Shown: positions 11,147 to 23,735 of the stretch, one piece after another | Numbering within the stretch: position 1 is the stretch's first letter | Layout of the letters: the number at the start of each line of letters is the position of its first letter | Assembly (NCBI RefSeq): GCF_902459465.1 | Contig: NC_047079.1 | Coordinates: 7,130,001 to 7,194,000, forward strand | Direction of reading: 5' to 3' | Origin: Asterias rubens | Lineage: Eukaryota | DNA length: 64,000 bases | Made by a program: the position numbers and the translations under genes | The notes under the pieces: model-generated | Told to the model about the DNA's origin: nothing | The model's input: only the letters and a program-made list of their open reading frames with translations | The model's database searches: none

Positions 11147-14100
11147 CTCGACGAGGCCACAGGCATGCAGTCAGCGCGAATCGTCGTACCGGAAAAATAA
11201 AACAGAACAATCCTAGCCCCCGTGAATTCAAAATCCGGCAATTTAGGCATTGGCACGTCGTGTCAAAAGAGAGATTACTGATTGTCGTGCCAATTTCCTA
11301 CTTCTCTGATGTACGGGGGCAATTCCTCAGCATTTCTAAAGGATTTATGCTTGGCTGCTAGCACGACACGATTCGGCATGGGAATAAGGTATTTAGGCGT
11401 GTCAGGAATTGGCGTGCAGATCAACACTGTAGTGGAACGATGAACTGAAGAAAACGAAAACAAAACTGAAGTTTGTAATCATAAAATTTGATGTGGGCGC
11501 GAACACAAATTTTGCAATGAATAGTGTCACACTGTAATGCTTGCTTTCAAAACGTCTATTTTATATCTACAAACCAAATTTTTCAAGAGGGAATTTATCA
11601 TTGGATTTATCGAACCATATGTTTAGGGAATAAAGGTACCATATGTTTCGAAGAAAACAAGACATTGAAATTAGTTTGATTTGCTTAGCCGAGTTTGGTT
11701 AGAATTTAGTTTAAATGTTTTGTTTTCTCGCATAGACAGTCACACAAATATTTTTTAAATTTTTATTTAAATTTTAACTTATTGTGTTTGTTGTTTGTTT
11801 CAGGGAGGGAGTAGCAATGAAACGTAGAGTGCTTATTTCACCAACATAAAATCGAAAGACTAACAATGTGGTACACCTAACTTAACACAAACAAAAACAA
11901 TTATTTATATACTCATCCAGAAATAGTAATTATGTTGATTCACATCTTTATGCGCTGGAGTATTCCAGCAAAACAATTCTGATTGATTAGACAAAACGAT
12001 TATGATAAATTGAACTCCAGTGTACGTTCATCCTGGCTTTTGTCACACACCGATAACTGCCACAATTTAGCGGTCGTGACGTCATGACGCCAGGGCACGC
12101 GGCACCTCGTCTCTCCTCTTCGTATCTCCCGTATAATATGGTGGGGAGAGTAAAAACTAGACTTGTTAAACAGTCCGTTGTCCATTCTACGGAGAATGCC
12201 TTTCTTTGTGTTGTAGTGCTTCCAAAATCTACTCAGTCACACATTTTTAGCAAATGGAGGTGTTGAAACAGGCTGTTTGTCGTTACAGTTAATTGCATCA
12301 ATTAATATTCATCTTCCCTCGGTTTATAAGACCTTTTGGTTTTGCCTTTCGAAATAAATTGCATCCATTAATTTGTTTCAAAGTCCACACAGCTGACTTG
12401 TGCAAGTCGACGGTACGAAAAATCCTTGCCCTATGGTATTGTATCGTATTCGTACGGTGTCGTGATTTACTGGGATTGCTATCCATGCTATACGGTGAAG
12501 TCCACCATATGGATGTAATGAGCGACCACCAGTCGCTTTACTAAAAGAAGACTGATGCAAGTCTATGACGAAGGTTGATGTTGTTTACGTTGTATGTATC
12601 TTCACGTTGTAACGATATATAATTAGAGTAAATTTAATCATAAATAATGCATTTTAAAATTATGGCGACTGCATGGTTTCAAACTGTATTTAATCCACAT
12701 GTAGCATTTAGACCACAGACTAATATTGATAAAAAGGAGGAATAATTCAATAAGAGCAATGCAATACCCCATATATGCACAGGCACCATCTTGAAAAAAA
12801 AAAAAAGTATCTTGTGAAACCAGAAAAAATACCTTTTCAAGCTGCCAAGATGGACGCCACTAACCACGCCATAGAGTTTGTTACCGCGTTGCTTCAAATT
12901 TAGCGCAACATAATGGTGGCCGGTATTACCCTTAACCACTGAACGCCGCATCAACCACATTAGGGAACGCATCATGTCATATTCTTTGTCCCATCAACTT
13001 TTCCCGATAGGCACTTACCCTTCTTGGGCACAACATAACACACACCGGACTTGTGCAAGTCTACCTCAGTCCATATGGTCATTTTCTGATGATGGCCCAA
13101 ACTATTCTAACTGGTGCTAGTCAATTAATGGCATGCTTCAAATCACATCAAGGAGCATAATTTATGCGCTGGTATACCTCACTGAACTTCCTGCTAATTA
13201 GAAAGGCAGAATTGCAGATGAGGGAAAGTAAGCTCATAGCGATCGGCCTCAACAACTCACTGCCAATAACACAATAAAGGGACGGTGTATGACATGGTTT
13301 TCCGATGCGTAAAATCATTTCGAATAGTTTATTTTGACTTCTCAGGTTAATGTATGTATTAAATTAAAATCAGCAGAACATGCGTCCAAGAATCAACCAC
13401 GTGTAACTCAACCATGGTGGCATTTTGAGCAAGTACGGTCGATTTTTGTGGAATGTTGACGTTTCATTCAGGAAAAATATACTTCCAAGATCGTACAAGA
13501 GAAAACAATATAACACCAAAAAAAGAAAAGAAAAAAAAATACCGATGAATGAAGGCACAGTTAACATCATAGAAAGAGGAGTAGGGATGTTGTTTAAGTA
13601 AGTCCAAACTTGTAGAAATCAGCCTTGGGACATTACACAGACAACCAATGACTAGACAAACATTGAACTATAGACAAGCAAACATCGAAACTTGTAGGAC
13701 AAGCAAGACAGCCAAAGAGACGAATGAACAGACAGACATTGGACTAGATAGACAAGTGTATGTTTAACATGAGGACAACTGCCATGCCATAGAGACGTCT
13801 ACACAGTCTAAACCCTTCTGATGCCCCCTCCCCAATCAGGTATGACCACGCCCACATTACTCTGCGTTAACCTCGTCCCCGTGAAGGAAGCAGATGTCAA
13901 ATTTGCATGCCCATTACGAACTCCATTATTGTATAATTCAGTTAGTGATCACACAAATAGGGTGGCTGTTATTTTTGTCTCTGTTCAAACTTCATTTTAT
14001 TTCAGTTATTTAGTGAATATATCACCATACAAAAAGTTCAAGGACTCTCAGGATGTTTGGATCACAATAATAAAATTTACATTATTATTAAATAAGAGAA

Positions 14101-17100
14101 GACAAAAACGAAGATGGAGGAAACCTTTACAGAACAATGCGTGTTACGTCTTTCTTGATTTTGTAGGGGGAAATATAAAGATGCCGACGGGTGATTTGTC
14201 TGTGGTTAATGTATATTACTATTATTATTTATAACACTCATATTAAAACTGTAAATAGATTTAAGCATGAGCAGGTGTTTAATCACGGTGATGGTGAATG
14301 TATTCCTTGCCCCTGGCAGACAGGTTAAGTGCCGTAAAGCATTAATATTCCAATCCTTGAATCATTGCTGCTTGATAACCTCGGTTACGCACTTGTACTA
14401 CGTTCCCATAGGCTTTTCTCATGGGTTTTTATATTAATTTTGCAATGTTCTTTATTTTGTTCTTCAATGTTGGGTTAATCTAACAACACACAGGTAAATA
14501 ATATTATTAATAAAAAAACAAACATTTGTATAGCGCTTTGCAAAAAGCCTATAAATTTATGTAGAGGAAGGAGCATAAGAACAAAGAATTAACAGTCATT
14601 AAAAGGCTAACTTAAATAATGTGTTTTCAACCTGGACCTAATTCCCCCTATTAAATACACCCGCAATAGTTCTAAGCTTTTATATAAACTGTGATATAGA
14701 AAATCTAAATTCAATTCTTAAAATTACATCTTACAGACAAGGATTTAGGGAAATGTGAAGTGATACAAAATGTAAAGTGTGAATAGGACACCCACAGTGC
14801 CATAGAGACAATGTGTTTCTTTGCAATTCTTTCTGCTTTGTATTCCTTCAATTTACGCGTACAACTATGATTATGTATTTCCATACAATACACCACTGTC
14901 TGTAGTAATGCGTCAACCCTTTACATACGTCTTCTTCCCAGCAGTCTCTCCAATTCTTCTGTTCAGACAAGGTACCATAAAGATTCTCTTTAAATTACTA
15001 ATACATGATTGGAGAGCTAACACTACCCCAAATGAGATGGTTTACTAGTGATCAGAAGGGGTATTATAATGCTGGAACACCATGAGCGTCCACTGACATA
15101 GTCCCTTTTCGAAACAACGGCTTCGGCTTTGGATTCGGCTCAGGCTAGCTTGGCTGGTTGGTTTGGACAAAATTGAGTGTGATTTGCGTACGTGCTCAGT
15201 GCTTCAGACGAGAGGGCGGGACACGAAGCCGAATCAAAAGCCAAAGCCGTGGTTTCGAAAAGGGTCTTAGTGGTGGAATTGAGCGGTATTAGAAGAAACC
15301 ACTTCATCATCTATTGTTATTATCAATTGTGACAATTGCACAATGGTGATGTAGGAGGGCTTCACATACAATTCTCTCAATTTATACCGACCTATCTCTT
15401 TTTTGAACCGACCTGGTTTTAAAATTTTACTTATGGATGAGCTAAAGAGATTGCGGTAAATTATTCAGTACATAGTTCCCAACCCTAACTCTTCGTCTTT
15501 AAAATCCCGTCTTGAAATCCTCCTTGGTGAAGACAAGACAACGGAACTTGAGGATGCGTTAATCATTGATATAAGCAGAAGGATTGCTGGATGCTCCGTC
15601 CTGTTATTGAAGACGATCACACTGGGGGATGCACCTCCTTGGGGAGGCGTGGATAGCATTTGTTTTGCTTGAATTATCCTCTTGAAGTTATGAATATTAT
15701 TCTTATAATTATTCAAATTTAGGGAGAAGCTGATGATGGGATTTAAGGCATTGCGTGGTGAGGTATCATTGGAAGTTTGGTTTGTGGTAAAACCATGTGA
15801 ATATCTACATAGGTAGACTGTGTTCTTTTTGATATCTTTTCTTGCTTTTTTATTCTACTTTACCGTGGAGTAGATTTTGGGGGGAAATTTGGGAGACTTG
15901 TCTACTACAGTGAAGAAGCCGTGTTAAATTTTATCAGATACTTGCTCCTCAAAATGCTCCTTATTTGAAAATGAAGGCTACGTTTTATGAGAAATGTGGA
16001 GGAAGGAGTACAACTTGAAAATCACATACACGTACGAAGGAGCTTGGTCGGGAAACCTTAGCTAAAATACTCAAGCATTAAAATTTATTAACAATGCTCG
16101 GTGTGGTCGCATGACTGTTGACTTAATCTAGTTAACCTATTTCCGTTTGGACACCTAATGCAAAGAAGGAAAGGTGACATGCGTTCGAAACTCTTCGTGC
16201 CTCATTTTTTTAATGTACTATTTACCACCCCTTCTCCCTCCATGTAAATCGTCTTGCTTTGATGTGTAATGTCAAGAGCAATTCTGTATTTTTGAAAGTT
16301 TTATGTGGGTCAAGTATTTTTGTGACATTGCCATGGTGCCTTAAGTATTTATGTTTTTAAATTAAAGAGACTGTTTTCAAATTGAATAAAATATTTCTTC
16401 CGTCGAAAAAAAAATGGAACAAGTAACCAATTTTGAAGAGGCGAGAAAGCAATTTGACCTATATTTGTTTGGTTATTGCAGAGCCTGCTGTCCCAGCAAG
16501 ACTTGTTAAGATTCCGTGTGTTCTTTATGAGAGCACTGCTTGGGAATTCAGGGATGTTTCTGTCGATAAATTATGTTTGAATCTGTCGAGGTATAGACGT
16601 GAGAGGAAGGAGCATGCCGCTCATACAGAGAGCAATCTATTGCTTTTTCACGGCGTGTTTCTCCACTCTCTGAGGCCTGTCGCCCGCCTCCATGTCCACG
16701 TTCCGGATTGCTTAATTTCATTACAACTCCCTTGACTTCTCTTGAAATCAAATCACTCTCCACTTTCAGACCCTTCGTCAATTTGGGTTACTTATTAATT
16801 TCTATAAAATGTGTTTGTGAGAGGATCGTTAAGTTTTAACGGCGTCGACGGTCTAGCTGTGCACGTTCTGTTCGGAGAAGATATCACACCATACTTCATA
16901 TAGCAATAACGATGTATTCAAATTATATTACAAGTGATTGGATTTTGTTTGAGCAGAATTGAGTTAAATGAGACAGGAACAAGAAAACTTGTCATTAAAA
17001 AAAGGTTACCAATCATATTGTTATCCATGGTTTTCTTCCATTTAAACATGGATGAAGTCAATTAACAATAGTGATTTGTGTATTGTGACATCCGACTTTA

Positions 17101-20100
17101 CTTAGAAAGTAAAATTGTCTCACACATACGGCCAATCTTAGCTCTGGAAATCGGTCCCTGGTTCACATAACTCATTTGCGCTGATAATTTGAGGCTTCAT
17201 TTTGCATTTTCCTGTCCCCTCGTTTGCTGCTATTTAAGGGCTCGGTGGTTAACCTTTAAACAGACAATGTGTCGCTTCTCTCCACGGGACCAATTTACGA
17301 AGAGAAGTGAGGAAGCTACTATATTTAGCGCTCTGTCAATGTATCTTGCCTTCAATACACACATCCCAACGACAGTGAAGAAAACTAATGGCCTTTTGCG
17401 AATTGCCAGGAAACCTGTTTGCTCTGTGGAAATTTTTTCTTGGTCACTAAGCAAGACGACCCTTCTATTATCTACACGTGCCGGTTGTCACTCTCCCGAT
17501 ATCAGTTCAAAAAATACTGTGCTATCACCGCAATGACTTCATATGATGTATCGTTCAATTTGTTCCGATGTACCAGGGCTGAGATTGGGTTGCATTGACG
17601 TATTGTTGACGTAATGATGACGTCACGACGTGCTGACATGTCGAGGGCTGTTGTCAAGCGGGGAGACGATGAGGGAAATTGTGTTTACTTTATATCTTGT
17701 GGTGATAGGTAATAGCTGAGCTTGCGAGGGACAGAAACGTCTTCCCAAAAGGAAGTTCTACATTTCCATTCATATGCAAATTTTGATTTGATATTCATTG
17801 ACGTCATCGATAACGTGACATCGATAAACAGCCAAAAGATGTCTCCCTATAGGAGATTCGCTTCAAGCTGATCAGATTTCGAAGTTTTTTTAACGGGTAA
17901 CCCAAAATTGATAGTTTGTGCCTCGGAAGGAGGCTACTATTGAAGGATTTAATGAAGATAAAAAGCTGTTTTTTAGAGAAAGAAAAAAAAAGGAAAATGT
18001 TGTAAACAGGCTGAACAAAGACGTAAGAGACCAAGTCAACCAAATGTTTTAGAAGTAGTTTTTGTTTTATATTTACTTTTTATTGTTCAAATTTAAACAT
18101 AAAGCAGACATAGTGTGTTGTGTTTCCATATTAAGTTTTGTAAACAAGCAAAACGGCCGGTGGTTTCACAGAACGGGATGTTTGCTGCCACCTAGCGTCT
18201 CGTACTGGATAATTAACGTTCTCTCTGTTTGCTCCGTTACAGGGTTGTGTTATGCTGAGTTCGGGGCCCGCGTCCCCAAAGCAGGCTCCGCCTACATCTA
18301 CTCTTACGTCACCGTGGGTGAGTTCCTCGCCTTCGTGATTGGTTGGAGCATGATAATGGACAACATCATCGCCGCGGCAACCGTTGGCAAGGCGTGGTCT
18401 CAATACCTAGACTCCATCGTGAACCAGACTATCAGCACAGCTATCAAATCCCGGGTGCAGTTTGACTCGCCATGGTTCGGGGATTACCCGGACATCCTGG
18501 CCTTCGGGTTGCTGATCGTTCTCACGATTATCGTGGCACTCGGGGCCAAGATGTCTACCGTGGTTATGATGGCTTTGACGGGGGTTAATATGCTGGTGAT
18601 AGTCTTCGTCATCGTGGCTGGGTCGTTCTACGTTGACGGGGAGAACTGGACGACGAATGGCGGCTTCTTTCCATATGGAACATCCGGGGTACGTTTTCTA
18701 TTGGTAGATCTGTTGGGAAGGGGGGGGGTGTTCCGCATGCAAATGCGTTTTGGATTTTCAAAAATCACGGTACAAATAAATCAGAGCCATCCGTTTTGAC
18801 CTCCCTACAAGTAAGTGAGTGTCATAATCCCAAAAGAGAAGCGCCCTCTTAAGATCTTCACAATTGAAAATAGTACAGGAAAGTAGAACACTTTTTAAAA
18901 AGGCGTGTCCGAAATATGACGGGTACGTCTTTGGGGCCTGATGGTTAGGGATAGCTACAACACCTCAGTGGCCACGGGCTATTTGTACTGGTTTATTCAA
19001 ATAATTTTATACTGGTGTTGCACTCTAAAGAAGAATGATGAATGACGAACTTTGTTTTGTTGTTGTTAATTTGCTGCAGGTATTTGCGGGTGCCGCCACC
19101 TGTTTCTACGCGTATGTTGGTTTCGATGCAATCGCAACGTCTGGAGAGGAGGCTAAGAACCCAAGCCGTGCCATACCTATCGCCATAGCTCTCACCCTAT
19201 TCATCTGCATGGTATGCTACATGAGCGTCTCTGCAGTCTTGACCCTTATGATCCCGTATGACCAACTCTCTCCATACGCACCATTGGCTGAAGTCTTCCA
19301 ATCTAGAGGGTTACCTGCCGGGCGGTATATCGTGGCGGTTGGGTCACTGCTCGGACTCTCATCCGCCATGTTGGGCTCCATCTTCCCTCTGCCTAGGATC
19401 ATCTACGCCATGGCTAAAGACGGGCTGCTCTTCAAGTTCTTAGCACGTGTCAACAGCAAAACAGATGTACCAGTCACGGCTGCTGTCATGTCTGGTGTCC
19501 TGACTGCGATCATGGCGTTGATATTCAATCTGGAGCAGCTAGTCGAGATGATGTCCATAGGCACCTTGCTATCTTACAGTCTGGTTGCGGCTAGCGTGTT
19601 GCTTCTACGGTACCACCCGGATGACGTTGGTCTGAGCAAAGACCAAGTGAAGGAGCTGGCTCGACAGTCGGGAAATAAGGATGACTCGGAAGAAGCTATA
19701 TCCCTGGTCGAAAAGTCCGCCGGGAAGTACATGAAATACACGGATGCGGCTTCACCCGGTGATGCCGTCGATGACACCGTGGGTAGTAAACCCGACGAAC
19801 CGTCCAGTAGGTCGGGCTACGGACTCCTCCAGAACGACGGCACCGATCAGAAAACCGACAGCAAGAAGACGTCACCAACGTTAAAGACTTACATGGTGGT
19901 GTCAATATCGTTCACCATTTTCGTAGTTTTGATCATTAGTCTAAGTTGTCTCCTAGCCTTTGGTATGGATGATATCTCACGGATTGAATGGTGGGCCATT
20001 GTTCTTCTGTGCCTCTTCGTTGCTGCTTTAGTCTGCCTCGCCGTTATCATAGAAACACAACCTCAAAATCAGATGGAGCTTTACTTCAAGGCGCCCGCTG

Positions 20101-20858
20101 TTCCGTTTCTTCCGCTTCTAGCTCTGCTCTGTAATACTTACTTGATGATGAAGCTCTCGGCAGCGACGTGGGCTCGGCTCGTCATCTGGCTCGCAGTGGG
20201 TTAGTATTCAAATCTTATTGAATTTGATACCCGTTTGATTGAGGGATTGGTTGATATTAGTATGCATAGTCATGAGCTGATACTTTTTTGATTGGTTGAT
20301 TGGCTGACACTATCATGCATATTCATGAGCTGATAATTTTTGATTGATTGATTTAACTGACGCCATCGTGCATAATCATGAGCTGAAACTTGTTGGTTTT
20401 TTGACTTTGCATATTCATGAGTTGATGCATATTCATGAGCTGATACCTGTTTGTTTGGTTGTTGATTGGCTGAAGTAGTGTGTTTACTTGCGCTGGTGTA
20501 TACAATATTTAAATTTCTTACCAATGTGAGACTTTTCTGACGATAGGTGAAAGCAGACGCACTCCATAAAATCACCCTCCCACTTTTTTAAAAGACTAAC
20601 TATAGAAATATTCCTGGTTGTCTGCTGCCACCCCGTCTCAAAAATGTCTCATTGCAACCATTGATTTATCTATCTAACTTATTCGTCCCTTTTTAAATCA
20701 CAGGGTTGGCCATTTACTTTGCATACGGTATACGACACAGTGTTGAAACTCTAAGAAAGCGAGCCGAAGAGCCCTCAACGACAATGTCGGAAGATGTGAC
20801 CGGTGATGGCGCCCTTGACGATTCACAGGATGTTGCTGAGGATACTAAAGACCAATAA
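2985..20858 (+). CDS. Cationic amino acid transporter (SLC7A1-4/CAT family, APC superfamily), 654 aa
   Basis: Exons 2985-3228 (MVLSALRS...[32 protein letters not shown]), 18243-18688 ([27 protein letters not shown]), 19080-20199 ([23 protein letters not shown]...[14 protein letters not shown]...[10 protein letters not shown]...[10 protein letters not shown]), 20704-20858 ([13 protein letters not shown]...TKDQ*). Total 1965 nt in frame; GT-AG phases 1,0,1. The paralogue cannot be assigned. Confidence 0.95.
4102..4263. mobile_element. Palindromic MITE, family A (GCCGTCGATTTCACAAA termini)
   Basis: Terminal inverted repeats CGATTTCACAAA / TTTGTGAAATCG with internal TTAGGA/TCCTAA repeats. A second copy is at 28585-28764. 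Confidence 0.8.
5221..5565. mobile_element. TTAA-flanked non-autonomous DNA element (Kolobok/ANGEL-like), family B
   Basis: TTAAAGGCACT.G.CAC..TTGGTAATT ... AATTACCAAAGGTGTCCAGTGACTTTAA. Homologous to 42558-42943 and to a partial copy near 63170. Confidence 0.75.
11116..11142. repeat. (TC)n microsatellite
   Basis: About 13 TC units read directly. Confidence 0.95.
15098..15269. mobile_element. Palindromic MITE (CCCTTTTCGAAAC..CGGCTT termini)
   Basis: CCCTTTTCGAAACAACGGCTTCGGCTTTGGATTCGGCT at the left and AGCCGAATCAAAAGCCAAAGCCGTGGTTTCGAAAAGGG at the right form a ~40 bp imperfect inverted repeat. Confidence 0.75.
17230..17480 (-). mobile_element. Possible degenerate LINE reverse transcriptase fragment
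   Basis: Minus strand [43 protein letters not shown]...LLFVN loosely resembles the non-LTR RT motifs (NYRPISLLS; EQ.GF...IFT...EKA...FVD). The similarity is weak. Confidence 0.35.
20261..20475 (+). repeat. Degenerate minisatellite with 5 TGCATA(T/G/A)TCATGAG(C/T)TGA units interspersed with GATTGG
   Basis: Units at ~20262, 20315, 20368, 20407 and 20425 in CAT intron 3. Confidence 0.8.
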
Positions 20859-22923
20859 AGAATTCGGATTATCGGTGCAAATAAAAATATGTAGACCTTT
20901 CTATCAGCTTTTTGAGATAAAAAAAAAATAATAATAGTGTCATAGACCTGTGTCCGTGAATCTCAAATGGCTGCTGAGCCCAAGTTTTTGCCAACCGAGG
21001 TTGGACTGAAAACTATGGAAAGCCATACTGCAAAACAACAACAAACTGTTTCATAGTGTTGAATTTGTTGGAAACAAAACACTCTTCATGGAGGTATTAT
21101 TAAATTGAACGTTTGCAGGCAATTTGGAATTTGGTCAGAACATCTGTTAACACGATCGACTGAATGTTTTGCCAACATTCGGCCGTCTATTTATGTCAAC
21201 CAGCAGATTTAGTTCAGCAACAAATAGCCTTGACAGTAGAGCAAGTCTCCATTAGTTTATGTGAAATATTACGGATGAATTAATGTCTTAACAATGTGTT
21301 GTTGCACTATAACAATGGTGTATTGTATTGTACTGAGATTTAACATGAATAAAAGAAATGTACACATGAAAGTACTTAATTGTAATGCTTATCTTAAAAC
21401 AACCTATTTAAATGTTGAGTCCAATCGGCTACAAATCGGACCAAGCATTGCCCGATGTTCCGACTGTTCTAAGTTTTTTGTGCACTTCCGTCCAGTCAAA
21501 TTTTACACGTAGACTTGTTTGGTCTAAACGTTTATTTTTGGTGGTAACACTTTTCGTTTGGTACGCTCTGCTTACGGGAGCCAGTATCAACTGTGCTTAT
21601 CATTTTTAGCGTGTTGTCATAACAAAAAGTGTCACGTTGTACTTAGTTTATGTGAAAATACTGCTTGTTTTTTTAAATACTATTTTAAATTAATGTTAAT
21701 TAATTTGAATATTGAAATGAGAATGATTAGATTATTCGAAGCATGATAGCATTGTACAGTATGTATATAAAAATAGTAATCCATATTGTTGTTAATAGCG
21801 TATAGTGTACTTATTTATCAAGGGTCATGTTGTCGATGTTTAGAGCGAAGTAACTTATCTCGGCGTAATGGATGTTTTAACAGACGTGGCTAATTATTTT
21901 TTGTGTAGATAAACTGTCTAGTTTTTAGCCACTGAACTCACAGCCAAAACAACGTGTCACGTGTGTTGTTTCCGCAAATGACAGAGGTGTTAAAATGTCC
22001 GGCTCGAGTATAATCATAGTATAACCATGCTATTATGGTTAAATCATAGCATAACTTAGCTTGTATGTTTAATGAAAGTAGTAACTCAGAAATAGATCAG
22101 CTGAAAGAAAACGGTCAAATTAACATTTTGTCACCACCTTCCTTCCCGAGATAAGTAAGACTGAAATTTCAGAGACCTTTGTGCAAAGTTTTTTTCTGTA
22201 AAAAGACAACCAGGGTATCACCTCATGAACTTTTAAAATGAGGAGGACGGTGAAGCGTATTTTCACAGGAATGCTAATGGGGGTCAACGCTCCTGTAGGC
22301 CCCACTAAATTACTCACCATCGAGACGGTCAAATTTCAGTTTACCTTTCCACTCTTCGTGATTTACCGCGGTGTTTGTTGTCAATCAGAAGTTTCTCTAA
22401 AGGAGAGGATGAAAGTCTCAAGAGCAACTTCAAGAGATCGATGGCGCTCTTTCCAATTAATGTATTCTTGTCTAGGGGAAAGTTGTATGGTAAATTCTGT
22501 GCGATGTGGCCGTCGGTTAGACCCTTGGCAATGCAACGGGATCAAATTATGGTCTCTGAATTAACTCGGGAGCTTCGGAATTTAGTTTTAACTTAATACA
22601 CAACTAATGTTGTTATAAAAACACTTGGATTCATGTCATCAATCATTTATGTTTTTAGACAAATTATCGGATTGAATTTATACCGGACCATTTTTGATCA
22701 GATGTTTACGTCACTAATAATAATATTGTCATTGATTATTCAAGAATGATGTGCTCGTTCCAGTTGGTTGTTGCGCAAAGGGGATTCTTATAGCCGTCAA
22801 AATAACACCCTGGCCACCATTAGGGGAACTGAAAATATTGATCAGGGTTCTGTCTTAAAGGTCGAAGAACCTTGTTACATTGGATCGGATATTGGGGAGA
22901 TTATGGCGCGAAGGCAGCAAAAG

Positions 22924-23073
22924 CAATAGGAGACTTTCCAACGCTAGGTGGCAGCAGACATACCGGGTAAATTTCCATTGTTTACGTAGTTCTGAACATG
23001 CGCATAATTCTGAGAACAATGGATTTACCCGGTAAGTCTGCTGCCCTCTATCGTCCCAGAAAGTCTCCCATTG
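22924..23073. mobile_element. Palindromic MITE, family C (GGAGACTTT..AACGCTAGGTGGCAGCAGAC termini)
   Basis: ~150 bp with long imperfect terminal inverted repeats. Homologous copies at 34329-34476 and 44405-44508, and a half copy at 18182-18199. Confidence 0.8.
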
Positions 23074-23599
23074 AATCCTTACATTATGACGTCACAAGCC
23101 CAAAACAGCGCCCCGACTGATGGAGCTCCCTTTCGTACACGCGTGTATGTTTTGCATGGACCTCGGCGGTTGATTGTTATGGCTACATCAAAGTGAACAA
23201 GTGATGTTTGCATTGTGTCTCACCATCTCATTGAACAAACTTGTCCAGAGTTGCATGCACTTGCTTCAACGGGGGTGACTTAATTACCTCACAGAACCGA
23301 AATTTATAAATTCGAGTCTTCATCAGGGAACTGTCATTTTGCAGCTGAGGCGAATAGCGCCCGCTACCGGCAAGTAGATTGGAAACCGTGTCATTAGTCA
23401 GTGTATCGTTGCTTGTTCTGAGTCTCGCACGCTGTAAATAAAGTATACATCTAAATAAAACTTGAGTTTGTCGTGTTGCTTATTACCGATGTGTTAACCT
23501 TCACGGAAATATCTGTGTGGATAAACCTTTTAACAAAATGGATATTCATGATTGTTTAGGTAAGCCTCCACTGCCATTGGTTGAATCACATAATGGTCA

Positions 23600-23735
23600 G
23601 GTTGCCATGGTTTCTTTCATTGCTTCAACCTCTACGACCCTGGTACGAATCACGATAGGTCACTAGACATAGATTGGATGTCCAGTCCCTACCTGACTGA
23701 CTGTGTGGGTTTCCCTGGAATAGTTCCGTACAAAA
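23600..23735 (+). mobile_element. Degenerate tRNA-derived SINE-like element
   Basis: Shares CTTCAACCTCT, a B-box-like GGTACGAATC and GTCCCTACCTG..TG.GTGGGTTT.CCCT.GAATA with 49548-49705. Confidence 0.5.

Noticed and set aside
16433-16781. Possible LINE endonuclease fragment (RGHGGG…CSLYERH)
   Set aside because: The resemblance to APE motifs is too weak to support without a search.
22120-22596. Overlapping 70-108 aa ORFs on both strands
   Set aside because: No recognisable motif or splice context; the lengths are compatible with chance.
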